This document shows positions 48,372-57,764 of a stretch of DNA of 64,000 nucleotides, in pieces. The translations under genes and the position numbers were made by a program. The stretch covers positions 62,001-126,000 of the IMG/VR virus record IMGVR_UViG_3300023174_000045; one strand, written 5' to 3'. How positions within the stretch are numbered: position 1 is the stretch's first letter; each line of letters opens with the position of its first letter. The notes beneath the pieces were generated by a model that saw only the letters and a program-made list of their open reading frames with translations, did not search any database and had not been told where the DNA came from.

Positions 48372-49418
48372 ATGAAACAAGTTGTTATTATGCCCGGTGG
48401 CTTTCACCCTTTTCACGCAGGACACGCTGAGTTATATCAATCAGCGAAAAAAGCCTTTCCTGGCGCTGACGTGTATGTGGCTGCTACCAACGACACCAGC
48501 AACAGACCTTTCCCCTTTGCACTGAAAGAAAAACTGGCACAGTTGGCCGGAATCCCTGCAGGCCGATTTGTACAAGTCAAGTCACCGTTTGGTGCAGAAG
48601 AAATAACCAGCCGATACGATCCAGAAACCACACAGTTGATCTTTGTCAAGAGTGAAAAAAACAGCCGATCAGGTCCCAGCCCCGAAGGTCCTTTTCCAGC
48701 AGAGCCTGATCCTGCAACAGGCCAATTGCCCTTGGTCACTAGAGGAGCCAGAAAAGGCTTGCCTGTGAGTGATCGATTACAATATTATCAACCAGGTCAG
48801 CCAATGGCGCCCATGAGTCAACACTCTTATCTTGCTTATTTGCCCACTGTGGAATTTGGCCCTGGTATGACATCAGGGTCCGAAATACGCACAGCATGGC
48901 CAAAATTAAATGAAAAACGTAAAACTGCGCTGATAATGAGCTTGTATCCAAAGACACAAGCCAACCCCAAGTTAGCCGCCAATGTTGTGCAAATGCTGGA
49001 CAATGCCATGGGCACAGTGGACGAAGACATCAGCCGCAGAGGATTTTTACGTGGTGCAGGTGCTGCCGCTGGCATGGCTGCCGCAGGCGCTGTGGGTGCA
49101 AAAGAACTTGCCCGGCCAACAATCATAGCCATTGTACGAATTGGCGATCAGACAAAACAATTCAACCTTGGTACTAAATTTGATACTTCAAAACAAGCAG
49201 AAGATTTTGTTGCCAATTTTCTAGACAAACAAGGCATACAAGGATACACCATTGAAATACAACGTGGTTATACCAACGAAAATCAAGGCTGGGCTGCCAC
49301 ATATGAAGCAGACGGACTCACTGCCGGAACCGGTGTCACAGGTGGCATGCATGCCACATACCAAGATCGATACAATCAACCCACTACAGAAGACTATGTG
49401 GAAGAACGTCGGTCGTAA
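48372..49418 (+). CDS. cytidylyltransferase-like (HxGH) protein with C-terminal modules including an internal Tat-like signal
   Basis: MPGGFHPFHAGH, TSGSEIR; VDE-DISRRGFLRG. Confidence 0.7.
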   Translation: MKQVVIMPGGFHPFHAGHAELYQSAKKAFPGADVYVAATNDTSNRPFPFALKEKLAQLAGIPAGRFVQVKSPFGAEEITSRYDPETTQLIFVKSEKNSRSGPSPEGPFPAEPDPATGQLPLVTRGARKGLPVSDRLQYYQPGQPMAPMSQHSYLAYLPTVEFGPGMTSGSEIRTAWPKLNEKRKTALIMSLYPKTQANPKLAANVVQMLDNAMGTVDEDISRRGFLRGAGAAAGMAAAGAVGAKELARPTIIAIVRIGDQTKQFNLGTKFDTSKQAEDFVANFLDKQGIQGYTIEIQRGYTNENQGWAATYEADGLTAGTGVTGGMHATYQDRYNQPTTEDYVEERRS

Positions 49419-49475
49419 AAAATAACACACGCTGTTATAATCTTTAAATACTAGCACATTTTTAACGGAGAACCC

Positions 49476-50390
49476 ATGTCTGAAACCAAAGCCGACGCAG
49501 TGCCTACCACTGTACCCCCAACTGATCCTGTGCAAACAAATCAGAACAATATTCAAGTAAACATTGATTATTTGCGTACCACACGAGTGCATATCTGCAT
49601 GCCTTGTTATGGTGGACAGTTGACAGAACAATGTTTTATGAGTTATATCAAATGGGCCAACATGTGCCGTCAACTCAACATTGACTGGACTGTGGAAACC
49701 ATGACCAATGAATCATTGATCAGTCGCGCACGTAACACACTCACTGCCAAGTTCTTGCACAACAAAGAAAGCACACACTTGATGTTTATTGACGCTGACA
49801 TTGGCTGGGAACCCTGGCATTTGTTGGTCATGCTGGATGCACAAAAAGACGTCATCGGTGGATTGTATCCTATGAAAAGCCTGCCTGTGAAATGGTGTGT
49901 CAACGGTATTCCTGGCTTGGTAGAAGACCCCAACAGCCCACACATCGAAGTCACAAAAACTGGCACAGGTTTCTTGTTGATCAAGCGTGATGTGTTTGAA
50001 AAATTAGATGCACATCCTGCCACTAGACCTTTCAACAACGACATTGGCCTGCCCGCAGAACTCAATCCCTACATGAAAACCTACTTTGACACTGCTGTGC
50101 GTGAAAACCGCTACTATTCAGAAGACTGGACATTCTGTGAAAACTGGCGTGATCTGGGTGGACAAGTGTTTGTGGACAAGCGTATTTTGTTGCGCCACGT
50201 GGGCACATACACATTTGACTACAACACACACGAGCAACTGTACAAGGATCTCAAAGTGATGTTTGAGCCAACTATCACCGTGGCTGCCCCCGAGGCAACA
50301 CATGAATTAATCAGCGATGCCAATCCTGCTGTAGAGCCTGAAGTAATGGCAAGTAGCAAGAAGAGCAAGAAAGCCGCTGCCGCAGTGTAA
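49476..50390 (+). CDS. GT-A fold glycosyltransferase-like protein
   Basis: ESLISRARN, FIDADI, GTGFLLIKR.VF, SEDW.FC, HVG. Confidence 0.7.
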   Translation: MSETKADAVPTTVPPTDPVQTNQNNIQVNIDYLRTTRVHICMPCYGGQLTEQCFMSYIKWANMCRQLNIDWTVETMTNESLISRARNTLTAKFLHNKESTHLMFIDADIGWEPWHLLVMLDAQKDVIGGLYPMKSLPVKWCVNGIPGLVEDPNSPHIEVTKTGTGFLLIKRDVFEKLDAHPATRPFNNDIGLPAELNPYMKTYFDTAVRENRYYSEDWTFCENWRDLGGQVFVDKRILLRHVGTYTFDYNTHEQLYKDLKVMFEPTITVAAPEATHELISDANPAVEPEVMASSKKSKKAAAAV

Positions 50391-50405
50391 CGGTAAATAC
50401 AACTT

Positions 50406-53400
50406 ATGAATATTCATGAGTTGGACTCTTACAATCTTGGCGACGCAGTAAAGTTTCACCGCCGTCTCAATCCCAGAATCTGGGGGCGAGACGAGCATTT
50501 ACTGCCAGAAGTGCGCAACAAACTGCTGGCCATTGCCGCAGACTTTCAAGAATTCTTGGGTGTTGATAATCTCAACGTTGAAGATATCACCATATCAGGC
50601 TCCAACGCAGCCTACTCCTACACAAAAAACTCAGACATTGATCTACACCTTGTTGTAGCAATGCCCGACAATCCTGTGTATCAGGAATTGTTTAATGCTA
50701 AAAAATATCAATACAACGACGAGCACAACATAAAAATTGGCGGTGCTGATGTGGAATTGTATGTGCAACCTGCGGATCAAGCACACCACAGTCAAGGCAT
50801 TTACTCAATCAAAGATTCGGAATGGCGTCAGATACCACAACGCAAACGTGCGCAGATAGATGATTCTTGTGTGCGTGACAAAACAGCTGACTTGGATGCT
50901 AGAATACACGCCGCAATCAAAAGTCGAAATTTAGAATCCATTAGCACACTGTGGGACAAGATCAAAGCCATGCGCAAAAGCGGACTTGAACAGCACGGTG
51001 AATTTGGTTGCGAAAATATCTCTTTCAAACTGTTGCGCAACAAGGGCTGTATTGGTGCGCTAAAAGATGCAATGATGTCCGAAAAAGATCGTGAACTCAG
51101 TTTGCGTGAAGCACCTGCAACGCCATTTCGTTATGGCTATGGTTCTGAAGTTGACGAAGCCAGTTTGGCAGACATGCGAGCTGCCTTTGCCGCAGATGCC
51201 AAACCACAAAAACAAGAAGTATTTCACAGTCATGATGAATACGAAAAAGTTCGAAAACAACGCGAAGCTGAACGCGAAGAAAAAATCAAACAAATAGCAA
51301 GAAAACCAATGAAGCCGTGGTCGGGAGGCTTGGAAGAAGGCCATCAAGGTCAACCTTACAGTAGTGAAGATGGTGTTGCTGCCAGTACCAAAATGTTCTG
51401 TGAAGACAATGATGACACCCTGGTACACGACTTTATTCAACACACTGCCATGGAACTGGGCATTGATCCCATGCCCGAAATTGTGTTGCACACTGATCCT
51501 GAATGGAGCACCAACAATCACAGTTTTGGCCGCTATGACCCCGAAAGCCACACACTCAACGTCAGCATGCCCAATCGTCACATCCTGGATGTGTTGCGTA
51601 CTGTGGCACATGAACTGGTACACTGCTCACAAAATCAACAGCATGGCAACTTGCCTCCAAATGCAGGCGAAACTGGTAGTCGCTGGGAAAATGATGCCAA
51701 TGCCCGAGCTGGCATAATCATGCGTGACTGGGCCAACACACATCCTGAACACTTTGAATTGCCCCCACTGGACGAAAGTGCGTCAGGATACATTCCTAAA
51801 AATAAAAAAGAAGCAGCCATGCCACAGTATGCCATGGCCTTGAGCGTGGATATCAAGCCAGGACAGACTGGCAAAGAAGCCAACAAGCTGGCATTGCAAA
51901 CAGGCCGCAATGGCGAGCCAGGCTTGTTGATGAAAACTGTGAACTTGCGTGAGTATAAGATGCCACAGCCCAGTCAAGGTCCTGGACGATATAGAGACTT
52001 GAATGAACCACTGGGTCCAGAGACTCCGCCCGAAATGCCAGATGGCACAATCAAAGTAGATGTATCGGACATGTACGACTGGTACAAACTGGGTCAAAAG
52101 ATATCAGACTTAGGCAGTATCAAACCTGGTGAACTAGGGTCAGGTCCTCCAAGTACAGTGTTTGCATTTGGCTCAGAAGATTTAGAAAACATGTACAGTC
52201 ATGAACTCACAAAACTGGGTTTAAAAACACACGACTTGGATGAGCCTGGCGAAGAAGACATTGACGAGAGTGCAAGCGATTACCAAATACACAACACTGA
52301 GAAACTGGATCGTGTGCTGGCCAAGTGTTGTGCTATGATTGAGCGAGGGCAACAAACGGATCCTGAGCGTTACGGTATGGTTGCTGCCTGTGTGATTGAT
52401 CCTGACAATAAACAGGTGTACGGCATCAACTTACCCGGCACTGATGGCACACGCAGACATGCTGAACGTGTGGCCATCAACAAGTACCGCAAGCAGCACG
52501 GTGACATTCCTAAAGGCAGCATTGTGGTCACGACACTGAGTCCCTGCAATAGCCCCATGGATGAACGTGCAGGCGAGAGTTGCAAAGACTTACTAAACAG
52601 TGCGGGCATACACAAAGTGTATTGTGGTTACATTGACCCCACACAGCACGATGATGAGGATGCTGACTTTGTTACAGGTGTCACACAAAATGACGACTTG
52701 TGGGACAGTTGCAAAGCATTTGCCGACACATTCTTACATGAAGATGACTTAGAAGAAGGAATAAAGTCTGCATTGGCCACTGCGGCTTTGGCAGGAACAA
52801 TGGCCATGGGGGCTCAAGCAAAAGCACCAACTATGGTTCAACAAATCGTCGAGCCTGGTGATACAATTTACAGCATAGCAAGACAAACTGGTGCAGATCC
52901 CAAAGAGATATACAAACTCAACAAGATGGATCGTAATACCAAGCTAGAGATAGGACAAAAGGTTCTGGTACCCGATTATGCTAGGCCTATTAGTAAAATG
53001 CCTGCCTCTGTAACACCCACAGTCAAACAAGAACCTGTAAAAGTGGCACCTCCTGCACCAACATTAAAAGATAAAATCTCATCAATGCTACCTAAATTTC
53101 CAGATGATGACGAAGGTGTTGTATTATTGAGCGACAATCCTGACGCAGAAGCCGCGCTACAAACTGCTGCCAAAGCCGCAGGACTTAAAGGTTCTGAACT
53201 GGCACAGTTCATGGCACAGACCCGACACGAAAGTGCAAACTTTGCACACATGAAAGAAATTGGCACTAAGAAAAAATTTGATCATTATGAAAAAAATCGT
53301 ACTCTAGCAAGACGATTAGGCAATACAGTCAAAGGTGATGGAGAAAGATTTAAAGGCCGTGGGTTCATTCAGTTGACCGGACGTGACAACTATACCAGAG

Positions 53401-53630
53401 CCAGCCAACAAATCTTTGGCGATGACCGACTGGTAAGAAATCCTGACTTGGCCAGCAAGTTGGATGTGGCAGCAAAAGTTGCACTGTGGTATTGGAAAAA
53501 TCAAGTTAGGCCCAAAGTCAATGATTTTAACAATACCACACAAGTTGTCAAAGCAATCAATGCTGACGAACCAATGAATGTTGTAAAACAACGTCACAAC
53601 AAATTCAAAGAATATTTGGCGGTGTTATGA
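50406..53630 (+). CDS. five-enzyme mosaic protein: nucleotidyltransferase, zincin, deaminase, LysM, GH19
   Basis: GSNA...SDIDLH; AHELVH..E; HAE...TLSPC...C; VEPGDTIYSIA...L.IGQKVLVP; FMAQT.HES...GRGFIQLTGRDNY. Confidence 0.85.
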   Translation: MNIHELDSYNLGDAVKFHRRLNPRIWGRDEHLLPEVRNKLLAIAADFQEFLGVDNLNVEDITISGSNAAYSYTKNSDIDLHLVVAMPDNPVYQELFNAKKYQYNDEHNIKIGGADVELYVQPADQAHHSQGIYSIKDSEWRQIPQRKRAQIDDSCVRDKTADLDARIHAAIKSRNLESISTLWDKIKAMRKSGLEQHGEFGCENISFKLLRNKGCIGALKDAMMSEKDRELSLREAPATPFRYGYGSEVDEASLADMRAAFAADAKPQKQEVFHSHDEYEKVRKQREAEREEKIKQIARKPMKPWSGGLEEGHQGQPYSSEDGVAASTKMFCEDNDDTLVHDFIQHTAMELGIDPMPEIVLHTDPEWSTNNHSFGRYDPESHTLNVSMPNRHILDVLRTVAHELVHCSQNQQHGNLPPNAGETGSRWENDANARAGIIMRDWANTHPEHFELPPLDESASGYIPKNKKEAAMPQYAMALSVDIKPGQTGKEANKLALQTGRNGEPGLLMKTVNLREYKMPQPSQGPGRYRDLNEPLGPETPPEMPDGTIKVDVSDMYDWYKLGQKISDLGSIKPGELGSGPPSTVFAFGSEDLENMYSHELTKLGLKTHDLDEPGEEDIDESASDYQIHNTEKLDRVLAKCCAMIERGQQTDPERYGMVAACVIDPDNKQVYGINLPGTDGTRRHAERVAINKYRKQHGDIPKGSIVVTTLSPCNSPMDERAGESCKDLLNSAGIHKVYCGYIDPTQHDDEDADFVTGVTQNDDLWDSCKAFADTFLHEDDLEEGIKSALATAALAGTMAMGAQAKAPTMVQQIVEPGDTIYSIARQTGADPKEIYKLNKMDRNTKLEIGQKVLVPDYARPISKMPASVTPTVKQEPVKVAPPAPTLKDKISSMLPKFPDDDEGVVLLSDNPDAEAALQTAAKAAGLKGSELAQFMAQTRHESANFAHMKEIGTKKKFDHYEKNRTLARRLGNTVKGDGERFKGRGFIQLTGRDNYTRASQQIFGDDRLVRNPDLASKLDVAAKVALWYWKNQVRPKVNDFNNTTQVVKAINADEPMNVVKQRHNKFKEYLAVL

Positions 53631-54934
53631 GAGCACATGAATTTCTATACAAAAAACCTCTTGATGAAGATGTTGAGAATTTTCCCATTGCCAACGTGCG
53701 CAGACCCAACGGTGCCATTGGTAACCAAGGTGTCAACACCGAACAAGCAGCAGATGTGTTGACTCATGCTGCCGGCATGCAGGTATCGCCAGACATGACC
53801 ATGCGTCAAATGGTGGATGCACTACGAGCAGATCCTGCGGCACAACAACGACTGAGACAATTTGTACAACAAAACCCTGTGACAGTGTATGCACTGCCAG
53901 ATGGTTCATATCATTTGCAAGATGGACATCACAGAACATTTTTGCTGAACTTGCTGGGTGATGAAACAGTGCCAGCCATAGTCAAAGAAGATGTCAAGGA
54001 AGCCAACACTGTGGAGTTTGAAGGGTTGACTTTGAAAGTAATCAAAAGCGGACATGAGTTAGTAGTTGATGCCCTTGATGACTGGGGTAACAAGGTACTA
54101 GGACATGTACGATTCAACATAGGCGACAACAAAGAATTGGATCCGCAAGATCTCTCTGTGGATGAGAAATATCAAGGCCAAGGTATTGCCCGTGTCATGT
54201 ATGATTATATCAAAAGCCAGGGCTATACCATTGTTAGAAGTTGGGATCAAACTGATGCAGGCGCAGGCTTTTGGAACAAGCATCGCGGAGAAGATGTTCG
54301 AGTTTGGGAAACCTTTGACAACCCTTACAAGGGCACGTGGGAAAAAAGCGATTATGGTGACGTTGATCTAAACACAAAATTACCAGACGGCACATATCTC
54401 AACATCATGTTCAATCAAGAATATGACGGAGAAGGCGACGAAGTCGTTCAAGTTGAATTCCACAGAAACAACAGCCAAGAAGTCACGGGCGAGGGCGATG
54501 CACAGCGTATCTTTGCCACAGTGTTGGATGCTATACAAAAATACATTAAAAAATACAAACCCGAAAGACTAAGTTTCTCAGCAAGCAAATCAGTGGACAT
54601 GGACGCAGACGATGTTGAACACTTCAATCCAGAAAGCCGTGCCAAGTTATACACCAGACTGGTACAACGATATGCTGGCACCTGGGGTTATCAGGCTCAG
54701 GTCAGCGACGAAGGCGATGTGGTTATATATCAACTGACTAGAACCATAGCAGAAAACTTTGCAGACGGTAAAAATCCCGGCCGCAAAGGACTCAGTAAGC
54801 GCATGGGTGTGAACACCAAGGCCAGTGTTAGTAGTTTGCGCAACACAGCCAAACATTCATCAGGTGAGAAACAACGCATGGCCCACTGGCTGGCCAACAT
54901 GAAAGCTGGTAGAGCAAAGGCACGAAGAAAATGA
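53627..54934 (+). CDS. mosaic protein: ParB-like, GNAT, unknown domain, basic C-terminal module
   Basis: LQDGHHR; VDEKYQGQGIA..MY..QT.AG..FW. Confidence 0.75.
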   Translation: MRAHEFLYKKPLDEDVENFPIANVRRPNGAIGNQGVNTEQAADVLTHAAGMQVSPDMTMRQMVDALRADPAAQQRLRQFVQQNPVTVYALPDGSYHLQDGHHRTFLLNLLGDETVPAIVKEDVKEANTVEFEGLTLKVIKSGHELVVDALDDWGNKVLGHVRFNIGDNKELDPQDLSVDEKYQGQGIARVMYDYIKSQGYTIVRSWDQTDAGAGFWNKHRGEDVRVWETFDNPYKGTWEKSDYGDVDLNTKLPDGTYLNIMFNQEYDGEGDEVVQVEFHRNNSQEVTGEGDAQRIFATVLDAIQKYIKKYKPERLSFSASKSVDMDADDVEHFNPESRAKLYTRLVQRYAGTWGYQAQVSDEGDVVIYQLTRTIAENFADGKNPGRKGLSKRMGVNTKASVSSLRNTAKHSSGEKQRMAHWLANMKAGRAKARRK

Positions 54935-56094
54935 AAATACGACAAATTGTAGAAGCCGCTGAACGTGGCAAAACACTGGGCGGATTCCCCATCAAAGTAT
55001 TGCATGTGGAACACGGTGCCACAGACGAAGCACTCAAACTGGATGCACCACAACAGTCTTGGAGCAACCAAGACATGCAAGACTACTTGAGTCGTGTTAA
55101 AACTGGTACCAAGACCAAAGCCGACAAGTTCCGACCCATCATACACGGCAGCAATGTCAAAGCCATTACCAAAGATGACGGTGGTACAGAATGGGATTTG
55201 GATGATTTAAAAAGTCAGATCATGCAGCCGCCAAGACAGATCTTGGGTACCAATGCCAAAATGGCCAAGAGCAAACAAGAAGGCGCCATCACATATGACC
55301 TAACACTGCCGGCATTGAGTGGCATTGTGGTGGATGAAGACACAGGCGAATTTGTGGAAGTGATAACCTGCCCTGGTGCTGGCGAGTGCCAAACCTACTG
55401 CTATGCTAGAAAAGGTGGTTATGTGATGTTCCCAGCCAGTTCAATGAGTGCGGCACAGGCCTTGAACTTCTTGGTCAACCACCCTTCGGACTACATGGAG
55501 AAGTTTGACGGCGAAGTCAAAAAAGCCGCTGCATTAGCCAGCAAAAACGGCATCAAGTTGTTGGTGCGCATACATGATGCTGGCGACTTCTTCTCCAAAG
55601 AATACTACAATCTCATGATGGATGTGGCCAAGAACAATCCAGATGTAAAGTTCTATTTCTACACCAAGATGGGACAAATAGTAACAGACCCTGACACACC
55701 CGACAACGTGGTCAAACAGTTCTCACCTGGCGCCAAGAGTCGTGAAGTCAAAACAGTTCAACTGCAACGTGATGCTGGCAAACATGTCAAAGACGCGGTG
55801 ACATTGCCCAAGGACATGTTCCGTGATTTGTTTGTGACAGATGCCAAGGGCAAGTATGTCAAGGACGAAAAGGGACGTACACAGGTTCGCAGTCCCCAGG
55901 CGTGGCAACAGTTCCGTCAAGAACTGGGCGCAAAATACAACATTGACCCCGACACTGTGATCACATACGATGAAATGAACCGCATACCCGAAGGCCCTGC
56001 ACCCAAATGGAACGTTGTAGTGTTTCCTGCAGGGCATGGAGACCTAGGCGCCAGCAGACTGGACGTGGCAAACCAATTCTTGATGTTCCACTAA
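54931..56094 (+). CDS. GP88-like Cys-cluster protein
   Basis: N.KM, LPA, TCPGAGECQTYCYA.KG, RIHDAGDF, YFYTK. Confidence 0.7.
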   Translation: MKIRQIVEAAERGKTLGGFPIKVLHVEHGATDEALKLDAPQQSWSNQDMQDYLSRVKTGTKTKADKFRPIIHGSNVKAITKDDGGTEWDLDDLKSQIMQPPRQILGTNAKMAKSKQEGAITYDLTLPALSGIVVDEDTGEFVEVITCPGAGECQTYCYARKGGYVMFPASSMSAAQALNFLVNHPSDYMEKFDGEVKKAAALASKNGIKLLVRIHDAGDFFSKEYYNLMMDVAKNNPDVKFYFYTKMGQIVTDPDTPDNVVKQFSPGAKSREVKTVQLQRDAGKHVKDAVTLPKDMFRDLFVTDAKGKYVKDEKGRTQVRSPQAWQQFRQELGAKYNIDPDTVITYDEMNRIPEGPAPKWNVVVFPAGHGDLGASRLDVANQFLMFH

Positions 56095-56104
56095 ATATAT
56101 TATC

Positions 56105-57229
56105 ATGAATTTATACGACCTGTTCAACGAAGAAAAAGTGCGCCTTGACCCCAAGTGCTGGAAGGGCAAAAAGATTGGCAATCCCAAGACCAAGATGAAG
56201 GGCGGCGTGCGTGTAAACAACTGTGTGCCTGCTGAGAGCATAGCAGAAAATGCCGGGCAACCACTCACAGTTCAACAATTGGCCGCCATCAGTGATGAGG
56301 CCTTGGATCAAGCATATGGGTATGGACGTAGTACACCCAGCAACAACTTTGGCTGGCAAGCCAATTTGAAGTCAGCTGCCTATGCCAAGCAAATGATTGA
56401 TCAGGGTGTGACAGACATTGAAGCCATCAGTGATGCTATTCACAAAGGATGGAACACTACTGCACAGGCATTTGTACAAGATCCTGAACAGTTTGATGAC
56501 ACAGCAAAACTGGCAGCAGCCGGCAAACTAGAAGCCAAACTTCAACAGCGAGCACAGTTGATGAAACAAAATTATGCTCAGTTACCTGAAGAAGAAAAAG
56601 AAAAAGACCGTGTGGTTGCACGAGCACTGTTACAGGCCATTCGTGGATCACAACAACCAGATGTGGCAGAAGGCGTGATGTACGGTGCAGAAAACTTGCA
56701 CGTAGGCGACGATGTGATCATTAGTGGCGATGTCAATCTCAAAGGTGCCACTGGCGTGATTGACAGCTTTGGCCAAGACAAACGTTTTGTTGTTGTCAAC
56801 CTGTACAATCATGGCAAGCACAGTTTCCACTCTAGTGATGTCAGCATCAACGACCATGATAATGATGAACACGATGACGATGTACTGGATGAAAAGTCTG
56901 TGAGCCAAGCACAGTTCCGTACCATGGCAGCGGCTGCACACAATCCCAAGTTTGCCAAGAAAGTTGGCATCAGTCAAGATGTTGCCAAAGAGTTTCACTC
57001 AGCAGACAAGCACAGCAATTACAAAAAGTTACCAGATCGTACCACTGAAGGCGAGCAACAAAAGGGTGCAGACTATCGTGACCCTAAGGAAGTTGACTAC
57101 GATGACGAATACGATGCCATGGTTGCCAGAGTTAAAAAGTTAGCCGGACTGGGCCCTATGCGAACTGTGTACGATCCCGCCAAGCGACAATATCGCAACA
57201 TGCCCACAGCAGTGCAGCCTAAAAAATGA
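56105..57229 (+). CDS. mosaic protein with RyR-like and KOW-like modules
   Basis: CWKG...NCVP module; AIHKGW...YAQLPEEEKEKDR; VGDDVIISG..KGATGVI. Confidence 0.65.
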   Translation: MNLYDLFNEEKVRLDPKCWKGKKIGNPKTKMKGGVRVNNCVPAESIAENAGQPLTVQQLAAISDEALDQAYGYGRSTPSNNFGWQANLKSAAYAKQMIDQGVTDIEAISDAIHKGWNTTAQAFVQDPEQFDDTAKLAAAGKLEAKLQQRAQLMKQNYAQLPEEEKEKDRVVARALLQAIRGSQQPDVAEGVMYGAENLHVGDDVIISGDVNLKGATGVIDSFGQDKRFVVVNLYNHGKHSFHSSDVSINDHDNDEHDDDVLDEKSVSQAQFRTMAAAAHNPKFAKKVGISQDVAKEFHSADKHSNYKKLPDRTTEGEQQKGADYRDPKEVDYDDEYDAMVARVKKLAGLGPMRTVYDPAKRQYRNMPTAVQPKK

Positions 57230-57723
57230 GAGCCCAAGAGTTTGTTGCTGAAGGCAAACAACCTGGAAAGCCAGTGGTTGATGCCATACAGAAAGTATTA
57301 CCCATGGCACAAGAAATATGGTTTCATGGTAGTCGTGCCACAGGTCGGCATCGTAGAAATAGCGACACTGACATCTTGGTGGTTGTGCCTGACAACCTTG
57401 TGGGTGATCAGTATCTTGCGGTGGTAAGAATACTACAAAAACTTGCTTCTCACTTTGACAACTATGACATACAGCCTACCAAGTCAGGCACTAACATACA
57501 TCGTATAGCACAAGAAGAAGGTCGATTGTTATGGTCCAGCAAGCTAGGTGTGGCAGAAGAACAACTAGACGAACTCAGTTTCCTAGGATCAGAATGCACC
57601 AAAGACTGTTCAGGACATCGCGCTGGATATGAGTGGTCAAAACGCAAGGGCCTGCGTCAAGCCAACAGCCTGTACAGTCCCAGTTTCAACAAAGGTGCCG
57701 CCTTGGCAGTGGCCGGCAAATAG
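57226..57723 (+). CDS. minimal nucleotidyltransferase (MNT-like) with a Cys module
   Basis: IWFHGSRATG...SDTDILVV...DI; CTKDCSGHRAGY.W. Confidence 0.75.
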   Translation: MRAQEFVAEGKQPGKPVVDAIQKVLPMAQEIWFHGSRATGRHRRNSDTDILVVVPDNLVGDQYLAVVRILQKLASHFDNYDIQPTKSGTNIHRIAQEEGRLLWSSKLGVAEEQLDELSFLGSECTKDCSGHRAGYEWSKRKGLRQANSLYSPSFNKGAALAVAGK

Positions 57724-57764
57724 TCCCCAAAAAGTTATCCACGTAGATTTCGCTAAATACTTCT

